From the NCBI GenBank assembly GCA_965224025.1, contig CBDCYE010000001.1, positions 12,664 through 76,663 on the forward strand: a stretch of 64,000 nt of DNA, written 5' to 3'. The translations under genes and the position numbers were made by a program. Positions 50,203 through 61,094 of this stretch are shown here, piece by piece. The notes beneath the pieces were generated by a model, which was given only the letters and a program-made list of their open reading frames with translations, searched no databases and was not told where the DNA came from. The stretch's first letter is position 1. Each line of letters starts with the position of its first letter. This DNA is from Candidatus Multivorans sp. Its GTDB lineage: Bacteria > Acidobacteriota > Thermoanaerobaculia > Multivoradales > Multivoraceae.

Positions 50203-51984
50203 TCAATTGGCGATCGCTTCCGTCGATTCCTCGACTCCGGGTGCAGGCACCGTGACCGGTTCGCGAACCAGCGACATCACCCCCGTCGTCTCGTCCCGGA
50301 CACCGACGGCGACCTGGTACGCGCCCTCGGGCAGGTTCATCACGACTTCGACCCGGTAGTTGCCGTCCACGGCCGGGACGCCGGTTTCGCCGCCGACGGC
50401 GATCGTCTTCTGGCGAACGTTCGTCCGAGCGCCCTTCTCGTCTTCGACGGCGAGCAGCCAGAGGCGGAGTTGTGCAGTCGCGTTACGTGCCTCGCCGTCC
50501 TTGCCCGGCAACGTCACGATCGCCTCCGCCGGCACTCTGACGCCGATGGTCAGCTCGTGGACCTTCTTCTCCAGTGGCGTCGTGCCGCCGAACTCGACAC
50601 TCGCTCCGAGAGGATTCTCCGCGTCTCCGAGGTAAGCGACGGAGAGCAACCGTTCGGCGAGGCGTTCGTCCAGTGACTCGTCACGGTAGGTGCGCCGGTA
50701 CTCAATCCTTCGCCCCTTGTCGGCGCCGGGCGCGAGCAAGACGGAGATTTGTCTTACCCGGCCCAGCTTGCGCTCCTCGGGCACGAAACCAAGGGAGTAC
50801 GAGGCAGAGAGCTGGCCGGTCATGTCGTCGAACAGAATCGCCAGATCGTTCGCGTTGATCAGCGCCTTGCCGCCGGTCTCGTTGGCCAGCAGGTGCAGCC
50901 CGCTCTGCGCATTCATCGCGTGCAGGCTGACGTTCTGGAAACTAGGCGCCCGACTGGGGTGGGTGAGCGAGATGTCGGGAACGGAACTGCGCAGGCCGGC
51001 TGCATCCAGGCCGTAGAACGTGACCCGGTTCGCGTTGGCATGAGCGGAGACGAGGTTGAACCGGCTGCTCTCGTCGTACTGCACCATTTCCGACCTCATC
51101 TCCGAGGGCGCGCTGGGCCGCTCGAACGCGCAAAGTTGATTGCCGAGGTAGTCGAGGACGGAGATCCCCGGCCGTTGCGGCAGGCCGTCCGTCATGTAGA
51201 CGACCGCCTTCTTGCCCGGCACACCGGCGAGCGTGGTCACCAGGTCGGCGAGGCCGTCCACTGCGACCGCCGTGTTTGTCGCCTGGTTATCCGCGTATCC
51301 TCTCGCCAGGGACAAGAGGTCGCCCCAGTTGTCCTCGCAGGGCGTGCAGTGCGGAGCCAACTCGCAGAACTCGTAGCTGTCGATCATGCTCTTGATCGCG
51401 AATCGCCGGGCGCCTTCGCCATTCTGGATCGCGCGCGGCGACCCTTTCGGCACCGCGGCGGCCCCTTCGAGGATCGCGCCCAGGTCGCGTGTCGTCGGTA
51501 CCAGCACGTCGAGCCGGTCGTCGAACCGCGCGAGCATGAAGCTCGCGTCCATGGATCGCCACGGTTCGACCGCGGCCTCCAGGCGTCGCAGCAGGCGGGT
51601 GCGGTGAGACGGGAGGATGTTCGGGTCATCCAGGTAGAAGACGACGGTGAGCGGACCTTCGTCCGCGGTGCCGGGCGTGGCTTCGCTGCGGACGGCAGGG
51701 CGTTCCTTGTTGCGGCGCCCGGTCGGTTCCTCCACGTAGATCGACGACTCGTAGAAGTTCGAGATCTCGACCGGCCGGCCGTCCACGTACAGCTCGAAGT
51801 CCTCACGTGCAAGGCCCTTGACTGGACGTCCCTTCTTGTCCATGACGACGACGTCGACCTCGACCACCTGGACGTCGACGGAATCGACGAAGGGTTGCTC
51901 GCTTTGTGCAGTAAGCGCGCCGGCGCCGGCGATGGCGACGATCAGCGTCGCTACGGGAGTTGGTGTTCGCCTGCGACTCGTCAT
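50203..51984 (-). CDS. Secreted acidobacterial VWA-related domain protein, paralog 2
   Basis: Same motifs; close paralog of 48420-50189. Confidence 0.85.
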   Translation of the reverse strand: MTSRRRTPTPVATLIVAIAGAGALTAQSEQPFVDSVDVQVVEVDVVVMDKKGRPVKGLAREDFELYVDGRPVEISNFYESSIYVEEPTGRRNKERPAVRSEATPGTADEGPLTVVFYLDDPNILPSHRTRLLRRLEAAVEPWRSMDASFMLARFDDRLDVLVPTTRDLGAILEGAAAVPKGSPRAIQNGEGARRFAIKSMIDSYEFCELAPHCTPCEDNWGDLLSLARGYADNQATNTAVAVDGLADLVTTLAGVPGKKAVVYMTDGLPQRPGISVLDYLGNQLCAFERPSAPSEMRSEMVQYDESSRFNLVSAHANANRVTFYGLDAAGLRSSVPDISLTHPSRAPSFQNVSLHAMNAQSGLHLLANETGGKALINANDLAILFDDMTGQLSASYSLGFVPEERKLGRVRQISVLLAPGADKGRRIEYRRTYRDESLDERLAERLLSVAYLGDAENPLGASVEFGGTTPLEKKVHELTIGVRVPAEAIVTLPGKDGEARNATAQLRLWLLAVEDEKGARTNVRQKTIAVGGETGVPAVDGNYRVEVVMNLPEGAYQVAVGVRDETTGVMSLVREPVTVPAPGVEESTEAIAN

Positions 51985-53714
51985 CGTGCTCGTGCCTGGG
52001 GCGCAGCATCGGCCGGGCGCGGTACGGTAACCGACTCGCGCAGCAGAGACAGCTCCCCCGTCGTCTCGTCCCGGACCGCGACCACGACCTGGTAGTCGTT
52101 TTCGGGCAGGCTGATCGCCACTTCAAAGCGGTAGACACCATCGCTTGCGGAAACACCACTGGAACCGCCGACTTCAACGGTCATCTGACGCACCGGGGTT
52201 CGACCGCCCTTCTTCTCCTCCATCGCCAGCAGCAGCAGGCGGAGCACGCCGCTCGGTTCGCCGCCGCCAGGGCGCAGCAGGATCGCCTCTTCGGGGACCA
52301 CGATGCTGACCGGAAGTCGATGCACCTTCTTCTCTTGCAAGGTCGTCTCGCCCAAGCCGACGCCGATGCCGAGCGAATTGGAGGAGTTGCCAAGGTAGGC
52401 CACGGACATCAGTTGTTCTGCCAGTTGTTCGTCGGCCGTCTTGTCGCGGTAGGACCGGCGGTACTCCACCCTGCGGCCCTTGGCGGCGTCCGGAGCGAGT
52501 TCGACCTTCAAACGGCGTACTTCGCCCAGCTTCTTCTCGTCGGGGACGAAACCCAGGGAGTAGGAGGAAGCGAGTTGATCGGTCACGTCGTCGAACAGGA
52601 CGGCCATGTCGTTTGAGTTGAGAAGAGCCTTGCCGCCGGTCTCGGAGGCGAGTTGATGCAGGCCGCCCTGGACGTTCGTCCAGTGCAGACGGTCGTTCGA
52701 GAATGACGGGGCACCGCCGTCGAAGGCCATGGACTGGCTGAGCCCGGCCCGAATACCGGCGGCGTCGAGCATGAAGAACGTGACGCGGTTCGCGTTCGCG
52801 TGCGCCGAGATGCGCTGGAATCGGTTGCTCTCGTCGTACTGTTGTGCGGTCGAGTTCACTTCGCTGACGATTCTCGGGTCGTTCGGGCACAGATCTTCGG
52901 CGATGTACATGAAGACCGAGAGCCCGGGTTGCTGTGGCAGTCCGTCGCTCACGTACACGATCGCCTTCTTCCCGGGAATTCCGGCCAACGTGCTGGTCAG
53001 GTCGGCGAGTCCGTCCGCCGCTATGGCGGCGCGGGTCCCCTGCTCGTTCGCGTGCATGGCCGCCAGCGCAAGGAGCTGCCCGATGTTTTGGCAGCCGCGG
53101 TTGTTCCGGTTCAGATCCTGAATCACCATTCGTCTGGAGCGTTGTTTCTGAACTGCCCGGGCGAGTCCCTTCGGTCGGTTTGCCGCCGCCTCAACGATCG
53201 CGTCGAGATCCCGGGTCGGCGGAACGACGACCTCCAGTCGGTTGACGAAGCGCGCCAGCATGAACCGCGCGTTCATTGACCGCCACGACTTGACGGCCTT
53301 CTCCAGGCGCCTCAGCAGCCGCGTGCGATAGGGAGGGAAGAGGTTCGAATCGTCCATGTAGAGGACGATCGTGAGCGGGACAGGATCGTTCGCATACCCG
53401 GTCGCTGAAGGCGCCGCCGCCGTCGAATCGCTCCGATCGGTGGGCTGTGGCGGCGTCGTGAGAATCTCCGACTCGAAGAAGTTGGTGATTTCGACCCGTT
53501 GGCCGTCCACGTACAGCTCGAGGTCCTCGCGCTTCAGATCCTGGACCGGGCGGCCCTTCCCGTCCGTGACGACGACGTCGACCTCGACGACCTGGACGTC
53601 GACGGTGTCGATGAAGGTCTGACTCGGCTGCGCCGCGAGTGTGGCCGACCCGGCAAGGCTCAGCAACAAGGCCAGCACCGGAGCGGATCCGCGATTGTGG
53701 TCAGTGAGTGTCAC
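51981..53714 (-). CDS. Secreted acidobacterial VWA-related domain protein, paralog 3
   Basis: Same motifs, more divergent. Confidence 0.85.
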   Translation of the reverse strand: MTLTDHNRGSAPVLALLLSLAGSATLAAQPSQTFIDTVDVQVVEVDVVVTDGKGRPVQDLKREDLELYVDGQRVEITNFFESEILTTPPQPTDRSDSTAAAPSATGYANDPVPLTIVLYMDDSNLFPPYRTRLLRRLEKAVKSWRSMNARFMLARFVNRLEVVVPPTRDLDAIVEAAANRPKGLARAVQKQRSRRMVIQDLNRNNRGCQNIGQLLALAAMHANEQGTRAAIAADGLADLTSTLAGIPGKKAIVYVSDGLPQQPGLSVFMYIAEDLCPNDPRIVSEVNSTAQQYDESNRFQRISAHANANRVTFFMLDAAGIRAGLSQSMAFDGGAPSFSNDRLHWTNVQGGLHQLASETGGKALLNSNDMAVLFDDVTDQLASSYSLGFVPDEKKLGEVRRLKVELAPDAAKGRRVEYRRSYRDKTADEQLAEQLMSVAYLGNSSNSLGIGVGLGETTLQEKKVHRLPVSIVVPEEAILLRPGGGEPSGVLRLLLLAMEEKKGGRTPVRQMTVEVGGSSGVSASDGVYRFEVAISLPENDYQVVVAVRDETTGELSLLRESVTVPRPADAAPQARAR

Positions 53715-53900
53715 CGCCTTGCCTCCTGCGCCCCTTCCGGAGCCGGTTTGTTCACTTGACGGCGAAACGAAGCAACTTCCGTGCCTGGGGAGGCGCGAGC
53801 AGCGGTTCTTTCTCGTGCGAACGGTGGCACCTGGGCCGCAGACTCAGGCTTTCAGCCTACTCTGGTGCGAGGCCTTGCGGCTGCGGGGCGGATCGTTCGC

Positions 53901-54308
53901 TCAAATGAAGGTGGCCGTGAACGGATCCACCAGCGCGACCCCGCAGCCTCTGAAGTCGCGCGTGTTCCGGGTCGCCAAGGGGAGTTGATGTTCCAGGGCG
54001 GTTGCGGCGATCAGCATGTCCGCCTGAGTTCGCGTCTCGCCGGTGGCCTGGAAGCGGCCCCGGAGGTCTCCAGCGCGACGTGCGACGGTTTCGGTCACCG
54101 GGAGCACGTCGCAGAAGCCGGCCAGGAACTCGCTGAACCAGATCTCTACACGTTGCGTCGGTCGCCATGTCAGCCCGTAGCGCGTTTCTTCGATGCTGAC
54201 GACGCTGAAGGCGAAGGGCGGCTTTACCGTGGCTGCCCATCGCTCGACGACAGGATTCGGTCGCGACCGACTGAGCTCGGCCACGATGTTCGTGTCGAGC
54301 AGGATCAC
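53901..54308 (-). CDS. vapC: VapC-family PIN toxin
   Basis: ILLDTNIVAE, ADMLIAATALEH, LATRNTRDF. Confidence 0.92.
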   Translation of the reverse strand: MILLDTNIVAELSRSRPNPVVERWAATVKPPFAFSVVSIEETRYGLTWRPTQRVEIWFSEFLAGFCDVLPVTETVARRAGDLRGRFQATGETRTQADMLIAATALEHQLPLATRNTRDFRGCGVALVDPFTATFI

Positions 54309-54631
54309 TCCGCGCCTGCTCGTGAGCGGCCGGACTCCTGGTGCTCGAGGCCGTCCAAGTCCTCGGGCCAGCCCTCGCGATTCCGGCGCTCGCCGACCTG
54401 AAGCTCATAGTCTTCGTCGGCACAGACGGCACGAAACTCGGCGAAGAGGTCGGCCAGGCTTCTTGCGGACCGTCGTTGCCTCTTCTCCACCGTGTTGAGA
54501 ACGCCGGGATTCACGACCGCGGCTACCAGTTGGTCTCGGTTGTAGATCTTCTGGGGTTCGGTCTGGGACCGGCGAACGACTTCGGAGAACTGCTGCTTCG
54601 CGGCACCGATGCGCCAAGAGGTCGTGTCCAT
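54305..54631 (-). CDS. Phd/YefM-family antitoxin
   Basis: WRIGAAKQQFSEVVRRS..EPQKIYNRDQLVAAVV; overlaps the vapC start by 4 nt. Confidence 0.85.
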   Translation of the reverse strand: MDTTSWRIGAAKQQFSEVVRRSQTEPQKIYNRDQLVAAVVNPGVLNTVEKRQRRSARSLADLFAEFRAVCADEDYELQVGERRNREGWPEDLDGLEHQESGRSRAGAE

Positions 54632-54668
54632 GATGGACACGTTATGGGATCGGATATGGACAAGTCAA
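54623..54668 (-). promoter_or_regulatory. TA promoter TTGACT-N18-TAACGT with a palindromic operator over the start codon
   Basis: cgtgtccat-g-atggacacg (54623-54641); extra half-site atggaca near 54656; agtcaa at 54663-54668. Confidence 0.65.
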
Positions 54669-54712
54669 ACCGCTACGATGCTGCGTTGATGCAGCGGGTT
54701 GGCGGTTGCCGT

Positions 54713-55711
54713 ATGGCGAAGATGACGTCCCGTTCCACCGCCGCGCTCCAGGCCGTGGTCGCCGGCATCCTGTTCTCGACCGGCGGGGCGGCGGTCAAGG
54801 CGACGGAACTCGATGCCTGGCAGGTGGCCGGGATGCGGTCCGTCGTCGCGGCCGCGGTGCTGCTGATCGCGATTCCCGCGGCTCGGCGTTGGACCGGCGG
54901 TCCGGGACCAGCCGGGACCGGCCCGGCTTCCGGTTGGTGGCGCAACCCGGCGCGGCGGCGCGCCCTGCTCCTGACCCTGGGGACCGGCTGCTGCTACTGC
55001 CTGACCCTCGTGCTGTTCGTGCACGCGAACAAGCGGACCACGGCCGCCGAGACGATCTTCCTGCAATCGACGGCGCCGCTGTTCGTGCTGCTGCTGGCGC
55101 CCATCCTGCTGCGCGAGCGCCCGGGGACGAGGCAGCTCCTGTTCGTGCCGCTGTTCAGCGCCGGCCTGGTGATGGCCTTCTTCGGCGGGGCCGACGCGGC
55201 GGCAACAGCGCCCGATCCCCGGACCGGGAACGTGCTCGCCACGTTCTGCGGTCTGGCGTACGGCCTGACCCTGATGGGTCTGCGCGCCGCCGGCCGCCCG
55301 CTGTCGGCGGCAGCAGCAATCGGTACGCCGGGCGAAGTGTCCTCTGCAGGGGACGGCGGTGCTGTCCGCGCGCCCGGGATCGCGGCCGCGGCTTGCGGCA
55401 ACGTGATCGTGTGCCTCGCCTGCCTGCCGGTCATGGCGCCGCTCCGGGCCGCCGATCCTGGCGATCTGGCGATCGTGGTGCTTCTCGGCCTGTTCCAGGT
55501 CGCTCTCGCGTACGTCTTCGTGACCCGCGCCGCCCGCATCCTGGAGGCGCCCGTTCTCGCGCTCCTGCTGCTCCTGGAACCGGCGCTCAGTCCGTTCTGG
55601 GCGATGTGGCTCCACGGCGAGCAGCCGCACCTGCTCACCTGGCTGGGCGGCGGGGTCGTCGCACTGGCGACGGTGCTGCTGGCGACGGTGGTGCGGTCCG
55701 CAGAGGAGTAG
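54713..55711 (+). CDS. EamA/DMT family transporter
   Basis: About ten TM segments; FLQSTAPLFV..L..LRER, LLLEPALSPFWA. Confidence 0.88.
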   Translation: MAKMTSRSTAALQAVVAGILFSTGGAAVKATELDAWQVAGMRSVVAAAVLLIAIPAARRWTGGPGPAGTGPASGWWRNPARRRALLLTLGTGCCYCLTLVLFVHANKRTTAAETIFLQSTAPLFVLLLAPILLRERPGTRQLLFVPLFSAGLVMAFFGGADAAATAPDPRTGNVLATFCGLAYGLTLMGLRAAGRPLSAAAAIGTPGEVSSAGDGGAVRAPGIAAAACGNVIVCLACLPVMAPLRAADPGDLAIVVLLGLFQVALAYVFVTRAARILEAPVLALLLLLEPALSPFWAMWLHGEQPHLLTWLGGGVVALATVLLATVVRSAEE

Positions 55712-55818
55712 AGCGCGCTACCGTCTGCTAAACAATCGCCTCCTGCGGCGTCTTCACCACTGAACCCACCCGCGCGCCGGTCACCGATCCGGCACGCCCG
55801 GAGCCAAGGAGACGCCGT

Positions 55819-56436
55819 TTGACGACTGCCACCGTTTCGATGACCACAGAGCCGCCCGCAGCGCTTCCCGCAGTGTCTTCCGAGAGGCCGGACTCGACCG
55901 GGGCGGGGCTGCAGGAGCTGTTCGAAGAGCATCACCAACTCATCTTCCGCACCGCCTGGCGGGTCACCGGCAACGCGAACGACGCGGAGGATGTCCTGCA
56001 GACGATCTTCCTGCGGCTCCTGAAACGGCCCCCCGCGGCGCTTGAGACGGGAAACGCCGGCGGCTACCTGCGGCGGGCGGCGATCAACGCCTCGCTCGAT
56101 CTGATCCGGGCCCGCAAGCGTTCCCGCCTGGTGGCGCTCGATCAGCAGATCATCGAGGAAGTGGAACCGGCCGGGGACGGCGCGAGCGACCCGGGTCGGC
56201 GCTTTGCCTCCCTGGAACTGCGCGACCGGCTGCGGCGGGAGCTAGCGAAGGTGAACCCGCGGGCGGCGCAGATGTTCGTTCTCCGGTACTTCGAGGGCTA
56301 CCGGAACTCGGAGATCGGCCCGATGATGTGTACTTCGCGCATGACCGTGGCGGTGACGCTGCATCGCCTGCGCAAGCGTCTGAGACTGGCGCTGGCGGAA
56401 GAGCGAGGACAGGAAGCAACGGAGGTGCAGACGTGA
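55819..56436 (+). CDS. ECF sigma factor
   Basis: DAEDVLQTIFLRL, YLRRAAINASLD, FVLRYFEGY..SEI, LHRLRKRL. Confidence 0.92.
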   Translation: MTTATVSMTTEPPAALPAVSSERPDSTGAGLQELFEEHHQLIFRTAWRVTGNANDAEDVLQTIFLRLLKRPPAALETGNAGGYLRRAAINASLDLIRARKRSRLVALDQQIIEEVEPAGDGASDPGRRFASLELRDRLRRELAKVNPRAAQMFVLRYFEGYRNSEIGPMMCTSRMTVAVTLHRLRKRLRLALAEERGQEATEVQT

Positions 56437-59279
56437 GCAACCGCAACCAGATGAATCGAACCCTGATCGAAACCGCTCAGGGCATCGCAGCCGAGCAGCC
56501 GCCGGCCGCTGCCGCCGCGGCGGCAGCGGAACGGGCGCGCAGCGCCCTCGCCGCCGCCACCGCGGATGCCGTGGCCGTCGCGGATCCGAGCGACGCCGGC
56601 GCTACTACGCAGACCCTGACGTCCTGCGCCGACTACCAGGCGCGGATGCCGGCCCTGGTCGCGGGCACCCTGCCCGAGGCCCAGCGTCTCCTGGTCGAGG
56701 ATCACAGCCGCGAGTGCATTCCCTGCCGCAAGCACCTCCAGGCCGTGCGCGCGGGCCGCGCCGTGTCGGACTCGCTGTCCGGGCCGGCGGCGCCGGCGCG
56801 GGTCGGCCGCTACTACGCTGCCGCAGCCGCGGTCGTGGCCGTTGCCGCGGCAGGCGTCTGGACCTCTCAGCGCGTGTTGCAGCCGCCCCAGGACGGGATC
56901 GTCCAGGTCCAGAGCGTCGACGGCCGGATGTTCGTCGCCGGTTCCGGCGCCGGCTCGGAGCTCGTTCCACTCACGCCGGGTGACGCGATCGACGGCGGCG
57001 ACCGGATTCGCACCGGCGCCGGCAGCCGCGCGGTGTTCGAACTCGCCGACGGTTCGCGCATCGAGGCCGCCGGCCTCACCACCTTCCGCGTCGACGCCCG
57101 CCGACGGGGTCACCGCGTCCGGGTCGACCGGGGCAGTGTGATCGTCCAGGCCGCGAAGCAGGAGAACGGATCGCTGATCGTGTCGACCGAGGAGATGCTG
57201 GTGTCGGTCAAGGGCACGATCTTCGCCGTCACCCACGGCGTCAAGGGCTCTCGCGTGTCGGTGATCGAGGGTGAGGTCGAGGTCGAGCAGGGTCGCAAGC
57301 GGCAGAGCCTGGTGGCCGGCGATCAACTGCGGAGCCGGACGACCCTGGCAGCGCTGACCCTGCAGGAAGAGGTCGGCTGGAGCCAGGACGCCGACCGCTA
57401 CGTGGCGCTGCTGGAAGAGTTCAAGTCGCTGCGCAGCGAACTGAACCAGTTGATGGAAGCGGCCCCGGTCCGCTACTCGACGGGGCTGCTCGACTTGATG
57501 CCGAGCGACACGGCCGTCTACCTGGCGATGCCGAACGCTTCGGCGACGCTGAGCGAGATGGTCGAGTTGATCCGTTCCCGGATGGAGTCGAGCGAGTTGC
57601 TCGCCGAGTGGTGGGCGGAGCTCGAGGCGTCAGGCGTGATCGACACGATCGACGACCTGGTGGGGAACCTGGGGGAACTCGGCGACGCGATGGGTGACGA
57701 GACCGTCGTGGCCTTTGTCCGCGGCGCCGGCGACGAGGGGTTCACGCCGCTGCTGGTGACCGATGTGACCGACGCCGCGGCCTTGCGGGAAGCGCTCGAG
57801 GATCACATCGAGGATCTCGTGGAGGGAGGCGACGAAGATCCGATCCGTATCCTCGACGACCTCGACTCCGCGACCGAGTCCGACGGCGAACTCCTGGTCT
57901 GGATCGCCGACGGCATCGCCGCGGCTTCGACCTCGCTCGCGACGGTGCGGACCGTGGCCGCGAATGCGGACGGCGCCACCAACGCCTTCGTCGACTCCCG
58001 CCTGCACGGTCGCCTTGCGGAGCGCTACGCCGCCGGCGCGGAGCTGCTCGCGGCGGTCGACCTGGCGACGTTCCTTTCCGGCATGGGCGATGCTGACGAG
58101 GACGAAGAGGGCGCTGAAGCGTTCGCGTTCACCGGGCTCGACAAGGTCCAGGATCTGGTCGTCTCCCGCACCCAGGACGGCGACCGCGCGAACGTCACGG
58201 CGACCCTGACCTTCGACGGCGAACGTTCCGGAATGATCTCCTGGCTGGCGGAACCCGGGGCGAATGGCGCCCTGGACTTCTTCTCGCCCGACGCCTCCTT
58301 CGTCACTGCCGGCGTGATCGAGGATCCGCTCACCATCTACGATCAGGTCGTGGATGCCCTGGAGGAAGCGGGCGTGGAAGGCGACGAGGCTCTGGCCGAG
58401 ATCGAGGCCGAACTCGGCCTTTCCTTCCGCAACGACTTCCTGGTGCATCTCGGCGGCGAGTACGCGGCCGGCATCGACGGGCCGGTGCTGCCGTCGCCGG
58501 CCTGGCTGGCGGTGGCGTCGGTCTACAACGCGGAAGCCCTGCAGAGTTCGATCGAGACGCTGGTCGAGAAGGCGACAGAGCTGCTGGCGGAGGTGGACGG
58601 CGCCGGAGATGCCAACGTGACCCTCGAAGAGCAGGAGTCGAACGGTCGCACCGTCTACCGTCTTGCGCTCGACTTCGGCGACGACGCCGGCGCCGGCGAC
58701 GACGGCAAGGAGGACGACGACCTCGACGATGTGCTCGAGAGCCTGCTCGAAACTCCCGAGATCTTCTACACGTACTTTGATGGGTACATGGTGAGCGCCT
58801 CCAGCGTGGCAAGGATCGACACCGCGATCCGGTACCGCGGCAGCGGCGCTTCGCTGATGTCCGGCCAGCAGTTCATCGATCTGCTGCCACCAAACGGGTA
58901 CATGGACTTCTCCGCGATGGTCTACAACCGGCTCTCCGAGACGGCGAGCGAGCTGTTCGAGCTGTTGCCGACCGCTGTCGTGGACGACGATCAGCAGGCC
59001 GTTGTCCAGGCGATCGAGGAGTCGCTCAGCAGCCAGGGGCCGTCGCTCTACACGGTGTACGCGGGCCGCAGCGAGATCGTTGTGACGTCCAGCGGTCCGA
59101 GCCTGCTCGCCTTCTCCGGGTTGGGTCAGGTCCTCGGACTCGGCGCTTTCCTGCAAGGATTGGAGTTGATGGAGGAGGCTGGCGAACCGGCGACCGCGCC
59201 GGCGCCGGCGACGGACTCGCGGGTTGTCGCCGACCGATTGGCGCCGGTCGATCAACTACTACTGAGGCCGGCCGCTTGA
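56433..59279 (+). CDS. Anti-sigma factor: ZAS motif, TM, FecR-like domain and large periplasmic domain
   Basis: DHSRECIPC (HxxxCxxC), [17 protein letters not shown], FecR-like [10 protein letters not shown]...[12 protein letters not shown]. Confidence 0.8.
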   Translation: MSNRNQMNRTLIETAQGIAAEQPPAAAAAAAAERARSALAAATADAVAVADPSDAGATTQTLTSCADYQARMPALVAGTLPEAQRLLVEDHSRECIPCRKHLQAVRAGRAVSDSLSGPAAPARVGRYYAAAAAVVAVAAAGVWTSQRVLQPPQDGIVQVQSVDGRMFVAGSGAGSELVPLTPGDAIDGGDRIRTGAGSRAVFELADGSRIEAAGLTTFRVDARRRGHRVRVDRGSVIVQAAKQENGSLIVSTEEMLVSVKGTIFAVTHGVKGSRVSVIEGEVEVEQGRKRQSLVAGDQLRSRTTLAALTLQEEVGWSQDADRYVALLEEFKSLRSELNQLMEAAPVRYSTGLLDLMPSDTAVYLAMPNASATLSEMVELIRSRMESSELLAEWWAELEASGVIDTIDDLVGNLGELGDAMGDETVVAFVRGAGDEGFTPLLVTDVTDAAALREALEDHIEDLVEGGDEDPIRILDDLDSATESDGELLVWIADGIAAASTSLATVRTVAANADGATNAFVDSRLHGRLAERYAAGAELLAAVDLATFLSGMGDADEDEEGAEAFAFTGLDKVQDLVVSRTQDGDRANVTATLTFDGERSGMISWLAEPGANGALDFFSPDASFVTAGVIEDPLTIYDQVVDALEEAGVEGDEALAEIEAELGLSFRNDFLVHLGGEYAAGIDGPVLPSPAWLAVASVYNAEALQSSIETLVEKATELLAEVDGAGDANVTLEEQESNGRTVYRLALDFGDDAGAGDDGKEDDDLDDVLESLLETPEIFYTYFDGYMVSASSVARIDTAIRYRGSGASLMSGQQFIDLLPPNGYMDFSAMVYNRLSETASELFELLPTAVVDDDQQAVVQAIEESLSSQGPSLYTVYAGRSEIVVTSSGPSLLAFSGLGQVLGLGAFLQGLELMEEAGEPATAPAPATDSRVVADRLAPVDQLLLRPAA

Positions 59280-60235
59280 CGGAGGAAGCCGGCGCGCCGC
59301 CGGTCATCGACCTTGACGGCCTGGGCGTCCGCTTCGGCCGGCACCAGGTCCTGGACGACCTGCGCGGCGCCTTCTCGGGCCGCGCGATCGGTCTCCTGGG
59401 GCCGAACGGCGCCGGCAAGACGACGCTGCTCAACACCCTGCTCGGCTTCTACAGGCCCAGCGCCGGCACCGCCCGCCTGTTCGGTATGGACATCTCGGCC
59501 CAGGGCCGCGATCTGCGGCGCCGGGTCGGCTACATGCCGGAGCGGGACGCCTTCATCGCAGGCATCTCCGGTGTCCGCTTCGTGCGGCTGATGGCGGAGC
59601 TTTCCGGGTTGCCGCCGGAAGCCGCCCTGGAACGCGCCCACGAAGTCTTCTTCTACGCCGGCCTGGGCGAGGCCCGGTACCGCAACGTGGAGACCTACTC
59701 GCTGGGGATGAAGCAATTGCTCAAGCTGGCGCAGGCGATCGTCCACGGGCCGAGCCTCCTGTTCCTCGACGAACCGACGAACGGTCTCGATCCGCCGGCT
59801 CGTCTCCGCATGCTGCGGCTGATCCGGGAGATCCGGGATTCGGGCAAGGCGCGGATTGTCGTCTCGTCACACCTGCTGCGGGACGTGGAGGAGTGCTGCG
59901 AGGAAGTGTTGGTGCTCAACCGCGGGCGCATCGCCACGTACTGCAATCTGGCGGAGGAGCGCCGCGCCAACCGCCGTTTCCTCGAGCTCGACCTGGGTGC
60001 TGAGCGCGAAGGCGCGGGAAGCGCCTTCCGAAGCGCGATCGAAGGACTCGGCTGCGAGGTTGCGGTGGTCAATCGACGCCGGATCAAGGCCGTGCTGCCG
60101 CCGGGCATCGAAGTGCGCCACATCTACGCGTCGGCGATCGAGCAGGATGTGACCATTCGACGCCTGGACTACAAGCGCACTTCGCTCGAGGACATCTTCC
60201 TGAAGGCGATGGAGGGCGACGATGGCCGTCTATGA
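59276..60235 (+). CDS. ABC transporter ATP-binding protein
   Basis: [29 protein letters not shown]. Confidence 0.93.
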   Translation: MTEEAGAPPVIDLDGLGVRFGRHQVLDDLRGAFSGRAIGLLGPNGAGKTTLLNTLLGFYRPSAGTARLFGMDISAQGRDLRRRVGYMPERDAFIAGISGVRFVRLMAELSGLPPEAALERAHEVFFYAGLGEARYRNVETYSLGMKQLLKLAQAIVHGPSLLFLDEPTNGLDPPARLRMLRLIREIRDSGKARIVVSSHLLRDVEECCEEVLVLNRGRIATYCNLAEERRANRRFLELDLGAEREGAGSAFRSAIEGLGCEVAVVNRRRIKAVLPPGIEVRHIYASAIEQDVTIRRLDYKRTSLEDIFLKAMEGDDGRL

Positions 60236-61094
60236 CCACGGCTACAGAGGCTACGGCGGGTCGCTGATGCCCGCGCGGAGCCGGTTCCTCGTCATCAGCC
60301 GCTACGGACTGCGCGATGTCTTCGCTTCGCGGCTGTTTCTCGCCTTCTTCGCCTTCTGCTTCGCCTGGCCGCTCGTGTTGCTGGTCGCCATGTACCTGCG
60401 CTACAACGCGGAGGCGCTGGCCCTCATCAACATCAGCGCGAGCGACCTGCTGGATCTCGTCCAGGTGAACACCTGGTTCTTCCAGAATCTGTTCCTGCGG
60501 GCCCAGTTGTACCTGGCCTTCGTCATCGTCCTGGTGGTAGGGCCGTCCCTGGTGTCGGCCGACCTTCGCAACCGGGCGATGCCGCTCTACCTCTCGCGCC
60601 CGCTGACGCGGACCGACTACGTGCTGGGCAAGTTCCTGGTCCTGGCGGTGCTGGTCTCTGCGATCACCTGGGCGCCGGGGCTGCTCCTGTTCACGATCCA
60701 GGCCTCCCTCGGCGGGAGCGAGTGGCTGCAGGAGCACTGGAGAGTGGCGCCGTCCCTGGTCGTCGTGTCGGCCGTGTGGACGGTCTGCATGTCGCTGCCC
60801 ATGCTGGCGATCGCGGCCTCGGTGAAGTGGAAGCCCTGGGCGCGGATCGTGTTCATGGGCGCCATCCTGACCGGCGCCGCCTTCGGCTCGTTCTACAGGG
60901 AGTTCTACGACTCGTGGTGGGGCAGCATGGTGGTGGCGTTCGACGTGACCGCCGCGCTCTCCGCCTCGGTGTTCGGCACTGAAGGGAGCGTGCAGATGCC
61001 GGGCGCGGCCGCCTGGCTGGCGGCGGGCCTGCTGGTGGCGGCGTCGGCGGCGTTGCTCTACCGGCGCGTACGCGCCTTCGAGGTCGTCTCGTGA
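60222..61094 (+). CDS. ABC-2 type permease
   Basis: TM segments; [16 protein letters not shown]. Confidence 0.85.
   Translation: MAVYDHGYRGYGGSLMPARSRFLVISRYGLRDVFASRLFLAFFAFCFAWPLVLLVAMYLRYNAEALALINISASDLLDLVQVNTWFFQNLFLRAQLYLAFVIVLVVGPSLVSADLRNRAMPLYLSRPLTRTDYVLGKFLVLAVLVSAITWAPGLLLFTIQASLGGSEWLQEHWRVAPSLVVVSAVWTVCMSLPMLAIAASVKWKPWARIVFMGAILTGAAFGSFYREFYDSWWGSMVVAFDVTAALSASVFGTEGSVQMPGAAAWLAAGLLVAASAALLYRRVRAFEVVS

Noticed and set aside
48420-53714. Diversity-generating retroelement (RT plus repeated genes)
   Set aside because: The only RT-like ORF is a group II intron protein lacking the catalytic domain; paralog differences are not adenine-specific.
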